DNA from: Thermoplasmata archaeon
Lineage (GTDB): Archaea > Thermoplasmatota > E2 > DHVEG-1
Assembly: GCA_020054495.1 (NCBI GenBank)
Contig: JAHWGK010000002.1
Coordinates: forward strand, 16,418 to 80,417
Direction of reading: 5' to 3'
DNA length: 64,000 nucleotides
Shown here: piece by piece, positions 39,110 through 49,460 of the stretch
Position numbering within the stretch: the stretch's first letter is position 1
Layout of the letters: each line of letters begins with the position of its first letter
Made by a program: the position numbers and the translations under genes
The notes under the pieces: model-generated
Databases searched by the model: none
Seen by the model: only the letters and a program-made list of their open reading frames with translations
Told to the model about the DNA's origin: nothing

Positions 39110-40288
39110 TCATTTCTTTTTAATTTTTACTAACCTTTTTCCAATTTCTTTAGCTTTTTTTAACTCATTTTGATCGGGAACATAGTTAATATTAATGCTA
39201 TCTAAAGGAAAATCCCAAGATACTTCCTTTAGAATTTTTTCTATTTCACTAACCGCCTGGCCGCCCCAACCATAGGATCCAAAAACTAAACCTATTCGAT
39301 TTTTAGGTTTAAGACCTTTGAGATATGTTAGGAAACCACCCATTGACGGAAGCATTGAATTATTAAACGTAGGAGATCCTATCAGTATATATTTCGAAGT
39401 AATTACATCTGTTATTACATCTGAAATATGGGATGTTTTTAGATCCCTAATAGCAACTGGAATACCTGCTTCTTCGATACCTTCTCGAAGTGAATAAGCT
39501 ATTTTTTCTGTTGAACCCCACATAGAATCGTAAACAATCAATGCTTTATTTTCAGTTTCATATCGGGCCCATTTCGTATATTCTTTGAGGATTTGTGGAA
39601 TCAATGAACGCCATATTATTCCATGGCTTGGTGCAATCATATCGATGTCAAGTCCAGAAATAGCTTCAAGAGCCTTTTCTACTTGACGACCATAAGGCAT
39701 TACGATATTTGCATAATACTTCGCCGCCTCCTCCTTCAAAATCCCCCATTCAATTTCATCATCAAAGCGCCCTGAACTTGCTATATGTTGTCCAAAAGCA
39801 TCATTTGGAAGAAGAAGTTTATCACTGGGAATGTATGTTACCATGGAATCTGGCCAATGAACCATTGGTATTTCAACAAAATGAAGTGTTCTTTTACCTA
39901 TATTGAGTGTATCACCAGATTTTACTACTTTAAAGTTCAAGTCTTTTTTGTAGTGTCTTTTAAGTCCTTTTTCTCCTCTTGTTGAAGTTATAACTGTTGC
40001 ATTTGGACAGAATTCAAGAATTTTTAGTATAGAACCAGAGTGATCCATTTCAACATGGTTTGATATAATATAATCTATCTTTGAAGGATCTGCGATTTCT
40101 TTAATTCTAGTAAGCATTTCATCAAAAAGATAGTGTTTTACTGTATCTACTAATGTTATTTTTTTATCCATAATTAGGTAAGCATTATACGTTGTACCAC
40201 GGTTTGTTGAGTATCCATGGAAATTACGAATATTCCAGTCAATACCACCGACCCAATAAATATCCTGCTTTATGTCAACCTTATTCAG
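39110..40288 (-). CDS. fprA: Flavodiiron protein (FprA-type O2/NO reductase), CTG start
   Basis: Frame extends 39 codons upstream of the ORF-track start through IYWVGGIDWNIRNFHGYSTNRGTTYNAYLI; NHVEMDHSG, HWPDSM, DAFGQH, PSHG, flavodoxin domain. Confidence 0.92.
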   Translation of the reverse strand: MNKVDIKQDIYWVGGIDWNIRNFHGYSTNRGTTYNAYLIMDKKITLVDTVKHYLFDEMLTRIKEIADPSKIDYIISNHVEMDHSGSILKILEFCPNATVITSTRGEKGLKRHYKKDLNFKVVKSGDTLNIGKRTLHFVEIPMVHWPDSMVTYIPSDKLLLPNDAFGQHIASSGRFDDEIEWGILKEEAAKYYANIVMPYGRQVEKALEAISGLDIDMIAPSHGIIWRSLIPQILKEYTKWARYETENKALIVYDSMWGSTEKIAYSLREGIEEAGIPVAIRDLKTSHISDVITDVITSKYILIGSPTFNNSMLPSMGGFLTYLKGLKPKNRIGLVFGSYGWGGQAVSEIEKILKEVSWDFPLDSININYVPDQNELKKAKEIGKRLVKIKKK

Positions 40289-40293
40289 CTAAA

Positions 40294-40989
40294 TCACTCC
40301 TTTTCAAAATCTTCTTTTCTAGCTCCACAGACCGGACAAACCCAGTCCTCAGGAACATCTTCAAATTTTGTCCCAGGTGCTACTCCATTATCTGGGTCTC
40401 CTTTTTCAGGCTCATATACATAACCACACACTTTGCAAACATATTTGTCCATTTTCTTTTCCTCCTTTTTTCTTGCTCTATCTACTTCGCCACTATAAGT
40501 TGGGGCTGTTTTTGGTGAATATCCTCCTTTTACTTTATGATAAAACTCATAAGTCATTGGTTTTTCTTCAGAAAGTACTTCTGCATCCTCTACATTACCA
40601 ATAAAAATCGTATGTGTGCCAACATCGATTTTATCTATTAATTTCGTTTCTAAGCATGCAAGAGCATAATCTAAAACAAGTGGTACTTTGCTGTTCCCTA
40701 GCTTAAATTCAACGTCCTTAAATTTATCAATATCTCTTCCAGATTTAAACCCAAAATTTCCAATGAAAGTTAATGGTGCTTTTTCTGAAAGAATTGACAC
40801 TGTGAAGCATTTACTTTTTTCTATGTATTCATGTGTTAAATTCTGTTTATTAATACTAACTGCAATTGTCGGTGGTTCAGATGTAATTTGAAATAAAGCA
40901 TTTGCAATCTGCCCATTTATTTTTTCACCTTCTTTTGAACAGACGATGTATAAACCATATGATATTTTATGTAATGTTTTAGGATCCAT
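40294..40989 (-). CDS. Flavin reductase-rubredoxin fusion (high-molecular-weight rubredoxin)
   Basis: [29 protein letters not shown]-terminal CKVCGYVY...WVCPVCG. Confidence 0.92.
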   Translation of the reverse strand: MDPKTLHKISYGLYIVCSKEGEKINGQIANALFQITSEPPTIAVSINKQNLTHEYIEKSKCFTVSILSEKAPLTFIGNFGFKSGRDIDKFKDVEFKLGNSKVPLVLDYALACLETKLIDKIDVGTHTIFIGNVEDAEVLSEEKPMTYEFYHKVKGGYSPKTAPTYSGEVDRARKKEEKKMDKYVCKVCGYVYEPEKGDPDNGVAPGTKFEDVPEDWVCPVCGARKEDFEKE

Positions 40990-41413
40990 CCTTGATTTTC
41001 TCCTTGTTCATACATTTTTTACAGATGCCCTTGAAGTATCCGTGCACCTCCTCAACATTATGTCCACATTCCAACATTTTACCTAAATTAGGGCATACAA
41101 CATCTATATCAATAATCCTCCCACATTTTTTACAGAGAAAATGATGATGCATTTCATGTCTAAAATCATATCTATGCTCTAAACCAGATATTGTAATAGA
41201 CTGGATTATACCATGTTTTTCTAGAATTTCTAATGAATTATATACAGTAGTTTTTGATAAAGAAGGATTATTTATTTTTAAATCTTGATATATTTTATCT
41301 GTGGCGGGATGGGTGGAATGTTCATTTAAATATTTTAATATAATTAATCTTTGCGGTGTAACTTTTAGATTCTTTTCTCTTAACATTTTCACATATTTTT
41401 CCAAATAATCCAC
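40979..41413 (-). CDS. Fur/PerR-family transcriptional regulator (likely TTG start at 41404)
   Basis: [34 protein letters not shown]. Confidence 0.92.
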   Translation of the reverse strand: MDYLEKYVKMLREKNLKVTPQRLIILKYLNEHSTHPATDKIYQDLKINNPSLSKTTVYNSLEILEKHGIIQSITISGLEHRYDFRHEMHHHFLCKKCGRIIDIDVVCPNLGKMLECGHNVEEVHGYFKGICKKCMNKEKIKDGS

Positions 41414-41420
41414 CTACAAT

Positions 41421-41452
41421 GTGTAATAATTACTAATTTGTAATAATTACAA
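41421..41452. promoter_or_regulatory. Tandem Per/Fur-box-like 7-1-7 operators
   Basis: TGTAATAATTAC at 41422 and 41439; the second lies in a perfect TTGTAAT-A-ATTACAA; located between the TATA (~41475-41483) and the Fur start. Confidence 0.7.
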
Positions 41453-41520
41453 TTTGACATGGAATGCAAATTATATATTTAAAGCTTTCTACCAGCAGTA
41501 TATTAAATCTTAAAAAAAAT

Positions 41521-41730
41521 TTAGCAGGAACTGTGCTCAATAGCTTCATTTGGACATGAACTAACACATGCACAACATTCAATACATTCCCCAAGGTTTT
41601 TACAAACTGCTTTTCCATCCTCAAGTTCAAATATTTCCACTGGACAAGCAGTTACACAGTCTCCAGCACCTGTACATTTCTCATAATCTATAATTATCTT
41701 TATGTCTCCTTCCTTAAATTCTTTTTTCAT
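41521..41730 (-). CDS. Ferredoxin (7Fe/8Fe type)
   Basis: CTGAGDCVTACP and CIECCACVSSCP. Confidence 0.9.
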   Translation of the reverse strand: MKKEFKEGDIKIIIDYEKCTGAGDCVTACPVEIFELEDGKAVCKNLGECIECCACVSSCPNEAIEHSSC

Positions 41731-41871
41731 ATATTACTAACCACCCACTAAAGCGAAATATTGTAATTAAATAGGACTATTTTAGTATTTCTTTTAATAA
41801 TTATTATTATCTTTTTTCGAAGCTTTTTTGAATAAACAGGCGTTTCATAAAAAGTTAGGGGATTTTATAAG

Positions 41872-43815
41872 ATGAGTGAGATTGTATGGAGGCCCTCTGA
41901 GGATTATATTGAAAAAGCAAACATAACAAGATTTATGAAAAAACATGATATCAAAGATTATGATGAGTTAATAAAAAGATCAACTGAAGATCTTGAATGG
42001 TTTTGGAATGAAGTTATCAAAGACTTAAATATAGAATGGTACAGACCATATGATAAAGTATTTGATGATTCTAAAGGAATTCAATGGACAAAATGGTTTA
42101 TTGGCGGTAGAATAAATATAGTGCACAATTGTCTTGATAGACATGCAAAATCTGACAAGAAAAACAATATTGCAATTATCTGGGAAGATGAAAACGGAAA
42201 TGTAAGAAAATTAACTTATGTAGAACTTTTTCGAGAAGTTAATAAATTTGCAAATGCATTAAAAGAATTAGGAGTAAAAAAAGGGGACAGAATTGGCATT
42301 TATATGCCAATGGTACCTGAAATTGTAGTCGGTTTTTTGGCAGGGATAAAAATTGGTGCCATAAGTATTCCGATATTTTCTGGTTTTGGAGGACATGCTC
42401 TTGCTTCACGTTTAGATATCGCCGGAGCTAAGATTCTACTTACCGCAGATGGATCTGTCAGAAGAGGTAAGACAGTAGAAATCAAGAAAGAAGCAGATAA
42501 AGCGCTTGATAACGTATCAACTTTGGAACATGTTATAGTCTATAAACGACTTGGGATAGAAATCCCATGGAAAGATAGTAGAGACATATGGTGGGAGGAT
42601 ATTGCCTCTAAAAAATCAGATGAATGCAATACAGAACAAATGAATTCTGAGGATTATGCGATGATAATTTTTTCATCTGGCACAACAGGCAAACCCAAGG
42701 GTACTGTTCACACCCATGGAGGAGCACTTGTCCAGATAGCTAAAGAACTTGGTTACTATTTTGATGTTAAGGACGACGATGTGTTTTTTTGGCTCACCGA
42801 TATCGGTTGGATGATGGGGCCTTGGATGATTATAGGTGTTCAGAATTTTGGTGGAGCCATTGTTATTTTTGAGGGCGCTCCAAACTACCCTAATCCTGAC
42901 AGATTGTGGGAGCTAGTCGAGAGACATAAAATTACTTCATTTGGTATTTCACCGACGGCCATTCGTTTGCTGATGCGATATGGTGACAAATGGGTTAAAA
43001 AACATGATCTTAGTTCGTTGAGATTTTTAGGTTCCACTGGTGAACCCTGGGATCCTGATTCATGGAATTGGTTCTTTGAAAAAGTTGGCAACAAAAAAAT
43101 TCCGATTATAAATATCTCAGGGGGAACAGAAATCGTTGGGTGCTTCTTATCACCACTTCCAATAACAGCTCTTAAGCCTTGTACACTTCGTGGACCCGGC
43201 TTAGGTATGGACATTGATGTTTTTGATGATGATGGAAAACCAATTCGAGGAAAGATGGGGCATCTTGTTGCAAAGAAGCCTGCACCATCAATGACACGTG
43301 GGTTTTGGAATGAGCCTGAAAGATATATTGATACTTATTGGTCTAGATGGCCAAACGTTTGGTATCATGGCGATTGGGCCAAGGTGGATAAAGACGGTTT
43401 TTGGTCTCTACACGGCAGAAGTGACGATACAATAAAAATAGCAGGAAGGCGTACTGGACCTGCTGAAATCGAAGCTGCACTCATTGAACATCCAGCAGTA
43501 TCAGAGGCTGCAACAATTGGTGTACCAGATGAGATAAAAGGGGAAGATATTGTCTGCTTCGTTATGTTAAAACCTGATTATGAGCCTAGCGAAGAGATAA
43601 GAGAAGAACTCAAAGATCAAGTTGTAAAAATAATGGGAAAAACATTAAAACCACGTGATATCAAATTCGTAGGAGATTTGCCAAAAACTAGATCCGCAAA
43701 GATTGTAAGAAGGATTATTAAGGCAGCATTTCTTGGGAGAGAGGTTAGCGATATTTCCTCAGTAGAAAATCCCAATGCAATTGAAGAAATAAAAAAATGC
43801 CATTTGAGTAATTAA
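41872..43815 (+). CDS. AMP-forming acyl-CoA (acetyl-CoA) synthetase
   Basis: FSSGTTGKPKG, STGEPW, SGGTE, HGDW, GRSDD, LPKTRSAKI. Confidence 0.9.
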   Translation: MSEIVWRPSEDYIEKANITRFMKKHDIKDYDELIKRSTEDLEWFWNEVIKDLNIEWYRPYDKVFDDSKGIQWTKWFIGGRINIVHNCLDRHAKSDKKNNIAIIWEDENGNVRKLTYVELFREVNKFANALKELGVKKGDRIGIYMPMVPEIVVGFLAGIKIGAISIPIFSGFGGHALASRLDIAGAKILLTADGSVRRGKTVEIKKEADKALDNVSTLEHVIVYKRLGIEIPWKDSRDIWWEDIASKKSDECNTEQMNSEDYAMIIFSSGTTGKPKGTVHTHGGALVQIAKELGYYFDVKDDDVFFWLTDIGWMMGPWMIIGVQNFGGAIVIFEGAPNYPNPDRLWELVERHKITSFGISPTAIRLLMRYGDKWVKKHDLSSLRFLGSTGEPWDPDSWNWFFEKVGNKKIPIINISGGTEIVGCFLSPLPITALKPCTLRGPGLGMDIDVFDDDGKPIRGKMGHLVAKKPAPSMTRGFWNEPERYIDTYWSRWPNVWYHGDWAKVDKDGFWSLHGRSDDTIKIAGRRTGPAEIEAALIEHPAVSEAATIGVPDEIKGEDIVCFVMLKPDYEPSEEIREELKDQVVKIMGKTLKPRDIKFVGDLPKTRSAKIVRRIIKAAFLGREVSDISSVENPNAIEEIKKCHLSN

Positions 43816-43927
43816 GGAGCAATACGTCAATAAACGATAACATTTTTCAACTCGTTTACTATTGCATAATCAAGTGAGGCGGATAGAAAAAAATATTTTT
43901 TCGTCTCATGTCGAAGGATGGTTAGGC

Positions 43928-45178
43928 ATGACAAAAAAAGTTTGTGTAATAGGAGGAGCCACGACACCATTTGATTATGGTCCAACTGGTTTTGAAAGTA
44001 TAGAGGGCGGGGCAGCAGAATGTATAAGGGAGACTAGAGAAGATATTCCAGATTTTTCTATGAGAGATATTGACTTGATGATTTATTCTCATTTTTCCGT
44101 TCATTTTGGACATCAACTCTGCTCTGAATGGATTATCCATGATCATCTAGGTCTTGTTGGAGTTCCACAGTATCGTATCGAAAACGGAGGTAATACCGGT
44201 GGATCGGCATTGTATGCAGCAGCTCTTGCGGTTATGTCTGGTCATCATGATGTCGTTGGTGTTTGCGGATGGGAGACTATGGATTCCGTGTCACAATCTC
44301 AAGGTAGTGAGTTCATTGCACTTGCATCTGATATTAGATATGAACTCCTAGTTGGAGGAATTTATCCAATTTACTATGCTGCAATGGCCAACAAATGGAT
44401 GAAAGATAATAAAGTGACTGAAGCAGATGTTGCAACAATTGGTGCAAAAAACAGAAATAACGCTATGGATAATGCTAAGGCTCAATGGTATAGAAATGAA
44501 CATAAATATATTACTGTGGATGATGTGATGAATTCTCGCCTTATATCATATCCAATTAAGAAGTATGATTGCTGCCTAATGTCACGTGGAGTTGCTTTTC
44601 TTCTTATTTGTTCAGAGGAGTATGCCAAAAAGGTTAATCCTGACGGATATGTCACAATTGATGGTATTGGACTTTCTAGTTGCACTATTCGTGCTGGGGA
44701 TAGATTGAATTTTCCAGGTTGGACAGAACGTTATGGTAAAAACTATCCAGGGATGACTGAATTTGGTGCATGTCGGAGTTCCGCAGATCAAGCGTATAAA
44801 ATGGCAGGAATTGAAAATCCATTAAAAGATATAGATTTTGGTGAGATTCATGATGCATTTTCCACATCAGAGGCGCAGATCTATAAAGCATTGTATCTCG
44901 CTGATGAAAATAACATTGCTCAGTTTCTTCGTGATGAAAGTACACACATGCATGGACAAATACCTATGAATCCCGGTGGGGGATTAATGGGCTATGGCCA
45001 TCCTGTCGGTGCAACTGGTCTTATGAGTGCGATTGAATGTTTCTACCAATTATCAGATTTAATTCCAAAGAAACACCTTAGTAAAAAAACTGAGGTGCCT
45101 GATGCCGAATGTGGTATAGTTAATAGTCACGCTGGAACTGGGACAAGTATTTCTAACTTTATCATGCGGAGGAGTTAA
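43928..45178 (+). CDS. SCP2-type thiolase-like protein lacking the N-terminal catalytic Cys
   Basis: Start MTKKV; RIENGGNTGG in place of ExACASG; EIHDAF; NPGGGL..GHPVGATG. Confidence 0.8.
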   Translation: MTKKVCVIGGATTPFDYGPTGFESIEGGAAECIRETREDIPDFSMRDIDLMIYSHFSVHFGHQLCSEWIIHDHLGLVGVPQYRIENGGNTGGSALYAAALAVMSGHHDVVGVCGWETMDSVSQSQGSEFIALASDIRYELLVGGIYPIYYAAMANKWMKDNKVTEADVATIGAKNRNNAMDNAKAQWYRNEHKYITVDDVMNSRLISYPIKKYDCCLMSRGVAFLLICSEEYAKKVNPDGYVTIDGIGLSSCTIRAGDRLNFPGWTERYGKNYPGMTEFGACRSSADQAYKMAGIENPLKDIDFGEIHDAFSTSEAQIYKALYLADENNIAQFLRDESTHMHGQIPMNPGGGLMGYGHPVGATGLMSAIECFYQLSDLIPKKHLSKKTEVPDAECGIVNSHAGTGTSISNFIMRRS

Positions 45179-45198
45179 TAATGGGCGAGGTGACAATT

Positions 45199-45846
45199 AT
45201 GAAAAAAAGGAAAAAATTTGCTGAAGAACCGAATTTCACAGAAAAAAAATCTTATAGACCTGAGGGTGTAAAAGAAACAGGCCTTGCTTTTATCGGCCAT
45301 GAAATATCTGAAGATGGAAATGTAATGAATCAATTCCTACATTACGATCAACTATATACTATCAGACATGGGGAGAATAGCAAATTCTTCAAAGGACTTC
45401 TTGAAGGAAAGATTCTGGGTACAAGATGCCCCAAATGCGGTGATATCTGGGTACCTGTCCGTACTCATTGTTGGAATCTCAACTGCAATCTTGAAAAAAC
45501 CGAGTGGTTAGAAATGCCACTAACAGCCAAAGTACATACATGGACTATTGCAGGATGGAGCGGTAGATCATCACTCAAACGATTGCCTATTGTACTCGTC
45601 TATGCAGTCATAGGTAATAGCAATGTAGCTATTGCAAATGAGCTTCATGATATTGAACCTTGGAATGTTGAATTTGGTATGCCTCTAAAGATCGTATTTA
45701 AACCAGAAGAGGAGAGAATCGGTGCTGTCACTGATTTTCACTTTAAACCTGCTGATGGTTGGGAACCATCACCTTGGAATAAAGAAAAGGAACGCATCCA
45801 AAAACTTGTTGAACCTGTTTATGAATGGGTTAAAACATTAAAATAA
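45199..45846 (+). CDS. DUF35 Zn-ribbon/OB-fold acyl-CoA-binding partner
   Basis: GKILGTRCPKCG...P.R.HC..C; adjacent to thiolase; GAGGTGA RBS. Confidence 0.85.
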   Translation: MKKRKKFAEEPNFTEKKSYRPEGVKETGLAFIGHEISEDGNVMNQFLHYDQLYTIRHGENSKFFKGLLEGKILGTRCPKCGDIWVPVRTHCWNLNCNLEKTEWLEMPLTAKVHTWTIAGWSGRSSLKRLPIVLVYAVIGNSNVAIANELHDIEPWNVEFGMPLKIVFKPEEERIGAVTDFHFKPADGWEPSPWNKEKERIQKLVEPVYEWVKTLK

Positions 45847-45890
45847 AGTTGAATAAGGTTTAAACATACATCATTATTTACTTTGTTTAA

Positions 45891-46901
45891 ATGGATTATG
45901 TTTCAGGGGAAATTTTAACTGAGAATGGATTTAAAAGTGGTTACATCGCTTTTGAAAAAGGTAAAATTGCTCAAACTGGAAGTGGTAATTCTCCAAAAAA
46001 GCCAATTTATAAAGGATTAATTGTACCAACTTTTGTTAATGCTCACACTCACATTGGCGATTCTTTTATTAGAGAGAAAAATATTGATTTGCCTAAAAAC
46101 ATTGAAGAATTAGTAGCACCACCTAATGGTCTAAAACATAAGTTATTGCAAGAAGCATCTGATGAAAATATAATTGAAGGAATGGAAAAATCTATAAATA
46201 TTATGATAAAAAGTGGAACAAAATATTTTTATGATTTTAGAGAAAATGGAATTTTAGGAATTAGTCAACTGAAAGCTGCGTTACGTTTATTGAATATAAA
46301 TTCATTCATTCTTTCAAGACCTAACACTTTAAATTATAACAAAAATGAAGTCAATATTTTATTAAAAAATTCAGATGGTATCGCGATAAGCAGTATTTCT
46401 GATTGGGATTATTCAGAACTCCAAAAGATCGCAAGAGATGCAAGAGGAAAAAATAAGATATTTGCTCTTCATGCCAGTGAAAGAGTTAGAGAAAATATTG
46501 ATAATATTTTAGACTTGAAACCAAATTTTTTAGTTCATATGATTAAAGCATCAGAGTCAGATTTTATTAGAGCCAAGGAAAACAAGATTCCAATTATTAT
46601 CTGCCCGAGAGCTAACTCCTTTTATGGTTTAAAGCCAAATTTTAAATTATTAAAAAAAGTTGGAGTTAATCTATTATTTGGAACAGATAATGCAATGTTG
46701 AATTCACCAGTCATTTTAGATGAAATAAATTTTGTTAAATCAATATCAAAAGATTTTTCAACTTTTGAACTTTTATATATGATAACATTTGGGGCAAGGA
46801 AAGCTTTAAATCTAGATTGGGACATTCTTGGTCCCAATTCTAAGGCTGACTTTGCAGTATTGGAAAAAAAATCATTAAAGCCTTTATATATTTCAACTTG
46901 A
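45891..46901 (+). CDS. Amidohydrolase-family protein
   Basis: FVNAHTHIGD, DFRENG, LHASE, CPRAN, GTDN. Confidence 0.88.
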   Translation: MDYVSGEILTENGFKSGYIAFEKGKIAQTGSGNSPKKPIYKGLIVPTFVNAHTHIGDSFIREKNIDLPKNIEELVAPPNGLKHKLLQEASDENIIEGMEKSINIMIKSGTKYFYDFRENGILGISQLKAALRLLNINSFILSRPNTLNYNKNEVNILLKNSDGIAISSISDWDYSELQKIARDARGKNKIFALHASERVRENIDNILDLKPNFLVHMIKASESDFIRAKENKIPIIICPRANSFYGLKPNFKLLKKVGVNLLFGTDNAMLNSPVILDEINFVKSISKDFSTFELLYMITFGARKALNLDWDILGPNSKADFAVLEKKSLKPLYIST

Positions 46902-46913
46902 TAAATAAGAGGG

Positions 46914-47759
46914 ATGAATGTGAAAGTAGAAGAGGTGATGTCAGAGAATTTAATTATAGGATACGTCCCAGGTACAGTTAGAGACGCGTTAGCGATACTT
47001 GCAAAGAATAATGTTTCAGGTATGCCTATTTTAAAAAAAGATACAAAAGTGGTTGTAGGGATTTTAACTAGAACTGATATTTTCAGAAATCCTGAGGAAG
47101 ATCAAATAGCATTGATTATGAGTGAAGATTATCAGTATGTTGAAAAAGAAAAAGATGTTAAATATGCAGCTAAGCTATTGTATGAGCATAGAATACATGG
47201 TTTACCAGTAATTAATAACCGAAAAAATCTTATTGGCATCATAAGTCCAACAGACATATTACGCAGTGTACATAAGAATATAACTGAAAACATTGAAAAG
47301 CATTTCACTAATTTAGTTGTTCCAATTTATCAAGATACTCCAATCAATATTGTAATGGAAATTATCAGTGTTACACATGAACATGCACTTCCTGTTTTGA
47401 ATGACGAACGGAAGTTAATCGGGATTGTAACTGATGGAGATTTGTTTAAACTTACTCATATCCGCGAAAGCGTTTCTCAAACAAACCTTGGAATGGGTGG
47501 AGATGAGGACGCTTGGACTTGGGAAGGAATACGAGATACAGTAAGATTACATTATTCAACATCAGAAGTTTCCTTACCACAAGTTGCTGTTAAAGAGGTT
47601 ATGATTACTGATGTGAAAAAAGCATACACAAATACACCTGTAAATGATATTGCAGATATAATGCTTAATAACAATATTAGTCACATACCTGTTGTTGACT
47701 CTAATGATAGACTAATTGGCATGGCTACGGACATTGATTTAATGGCCTGCATGTTTTAA
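46914..47759 (+). CDS. CBS-domain protein (four CBS)
   Basis: VSGMPI, IHGLPV, ALPV, ISHIPVV repeats; WTWEG insert. Confidence 0.9.
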   Translation: MNVKVEEVMSENLIIGYVPGTVRDALAILAKNNVSGMPILKKDTKVVVGILTRTDIFRNPEEDQIALIMSEDYQYVEKEKDVKYAAKLLYEHRIHGLPVINNRKNLIGIISPTDILRSVHKNITENIEKHFTNLVVPIYQDTPINIVMEIISVTHEHALPVLNDERKLIGIVTDGDLFKLTHIRESVSQTNLGMGGDEDAWTWEGIRDTVRLHYSTSEVSLPQVAVKEVMITDVKKAYTNTPVNDIADIMLNNNISHIPVVDSNDRLIGMATDIDLMACMF

Positions 47760-47810
47760 ATCCTATAATCTTATTCTATTTTTAATTTCAAGATTTGGAG
47801 ACTTTCGTTT

Positions 47811-49460
47811 ATGCCTCAAGATATTTATGATAAAATCATGATGCTTGCAAAAAGAAGAGGTTTCATCTATCCCTCCTTTGAAATCTATGGCGGTGTTGCT
47901 GGTTTTTATGATTACGGCCCACTAGGATCTCAACTTAAACTGAATATCGAAAACCTTTGGCGTAAATTCTACCTGCTTAAAGACAACTGTATCGAAATTA
48001 TTACTCCAACTATAACATTACATGAAGTTTTGAAAGCTTCTGGGCATGTTGACGAGTTTACTGATTTTACTGTGGATTGTAAAAAATGTAAACAATCCTA
48101 TAAAGTTGAGGATGTTATAGATGATGATATCGGTATTGAAGCGGCGTTAAAGGAAAATAAAGTGAAATGCCCGAATTGTGGTACTAATCTAAAAGATGCT
48201 TATCCTGTTAATCTTATGTTTTCCACTAAAATTGGAATCGGAAGTGCCAGGGATGCTTTTCTTAGACCCGAGACCGCTCAGGGTATATTTACGGATTTTC
48301 ATCTTCTTTATAGATATGCCCGCGAGAAGTTACCCTTTGGAGTTGTACAGATTGGTGAAGGATATAGAAACGAGGTATCACCTCGCCAAGGTATCATTAG
48401 ACTCAGAGAATTTTCAATGGCCGAAGCAGAGATCTTTTTTGATCCGAAAGATAAAACACATCCTAATTTTGGAAGCATTAAGAATAAAGAACTATATCTT
48501 TTTGATAATGAAAAAGAAATTAAACTTTCAATTGAAAAAGCTGTCAAAACCAAGGTGATTAACAACCAGGCACTTGCATATTATATGTATCTCACACAGG
48601 ATTTTCTAATGACTGCAGGAATTGATCCTAAAAAATTTAGATTTAGGAAACATGCACCAGATGAACTAGCTCATTATGCCACAGAGTGCTGGGATGCAGA
48701 AATATTCAGTGAGAGATTTGGCTGGATAGAATGTGTTGGTATCGCAGATAGATCTGCATATGATTTACGTTCACATATCGATTCATCAGGAACAGATATG
48801 TATGCTTTAAGGAAATATGATAACCCAAAGACTGTTGAAGTAAAAAAGATCGTTCCAAATATGGGCAAATTAGGGCCACTTTTTAAAGGAGAAGTTGGAA
48901 TGATCAAAACATTACTTGAAAACATGGAAGTAAAAGATACAAAAAAGATTTCTGTTAACCTTGATGGTAAGACTATAAAGATACCTAATGAGTGCTATAA
49001 AATAACAGAAACTAAAGAAAAGGTAGCTGGTGAGAAGTTTGTACCTCATGTAATCGAACCATCTTATGGAATTGACAGAATTTTGTATTGTTTAATTGAG
49101 CATAACTATCATGAAGGTAAGAAAAAAGAAGAAGAATATAGAATGCTCAAATTTAATCCAATAATTGCTCCAATAAAAATTGGGGTTCTTCCGCTTATTA
49201 GTGACGAAAGACTTATTAAAATCGCAAATGAAATTGATAGAAATCTTAGAGATGCTGGTATAACAACATATTATGATGAAAGTGGGTCAATAGGTCGACG
49301 TTATGCCAGAATGGATGAAGTAGGAACGCCGTTTTGTATTACAATTGATCATGATACATTAAAGAATAATACTGTGACTATTAGGAATCGTGATACTACA
49401 AAGCAGATTAGAATAAAAATAGATGAAATTACGAGTTATCTAGCATCTAAAGTAAATTAG
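47811..49460 (+). CDS. glyS: Glycyl-tRNA synthetase (alpha2 type)
   Basis: KRRGF, YDYGPLG, LRPETAQG, RNEVSPRQG, IEPSYGIDR, SIGRRYAR.DE.GTPF. Confidence 0.96.
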   Translation: MPQDIYDKIMMLAKRRGFIYPSFEIYGGVAGFYDYGPLGSQLKLNIENLWRKFYLLKDNCIEIITPTITLHEVLKASGHVDEFTDFTVDCKKCKQSYKVEDVIDDDIGIEAALKENKVKCPNCGTNLKDAYPVNLMFSTKIGIGSARDAFLRPETAQGIFTDFHLLYRYAREKLPFGVVQIGEGYRNEVSPRQGIIRLREFSMAEAEIFFDPKDKTHPNFGSIKNKELYLFDNEKEIKLSIEKAVKTKVINNQALAYYMYLTQDFLMTAGIDPKKFRFRKHAPDELAHYATECWDAEIFSERFGWIECVGIADRSAYDLRSHIDSSGTDMYALRKYDNPKTVEVKKIVPNMGKLGPLFKGEVGMIKTLLENMEVKDTKKISVNLDGKTIKIPNECYKITETKEKVAGEKFVPHVIEPSYGIDRILYCLIEHNYHEGKKKEEEYRMLKFNPIIAPIKIGVLPLISDERLIKIANEIDRNLRDAGITTYYDESGSIGRRYARMDEVGTPFCITIDHDTLKNNTVTIRNRDTTKQIRIKIDEITSYLASKVN

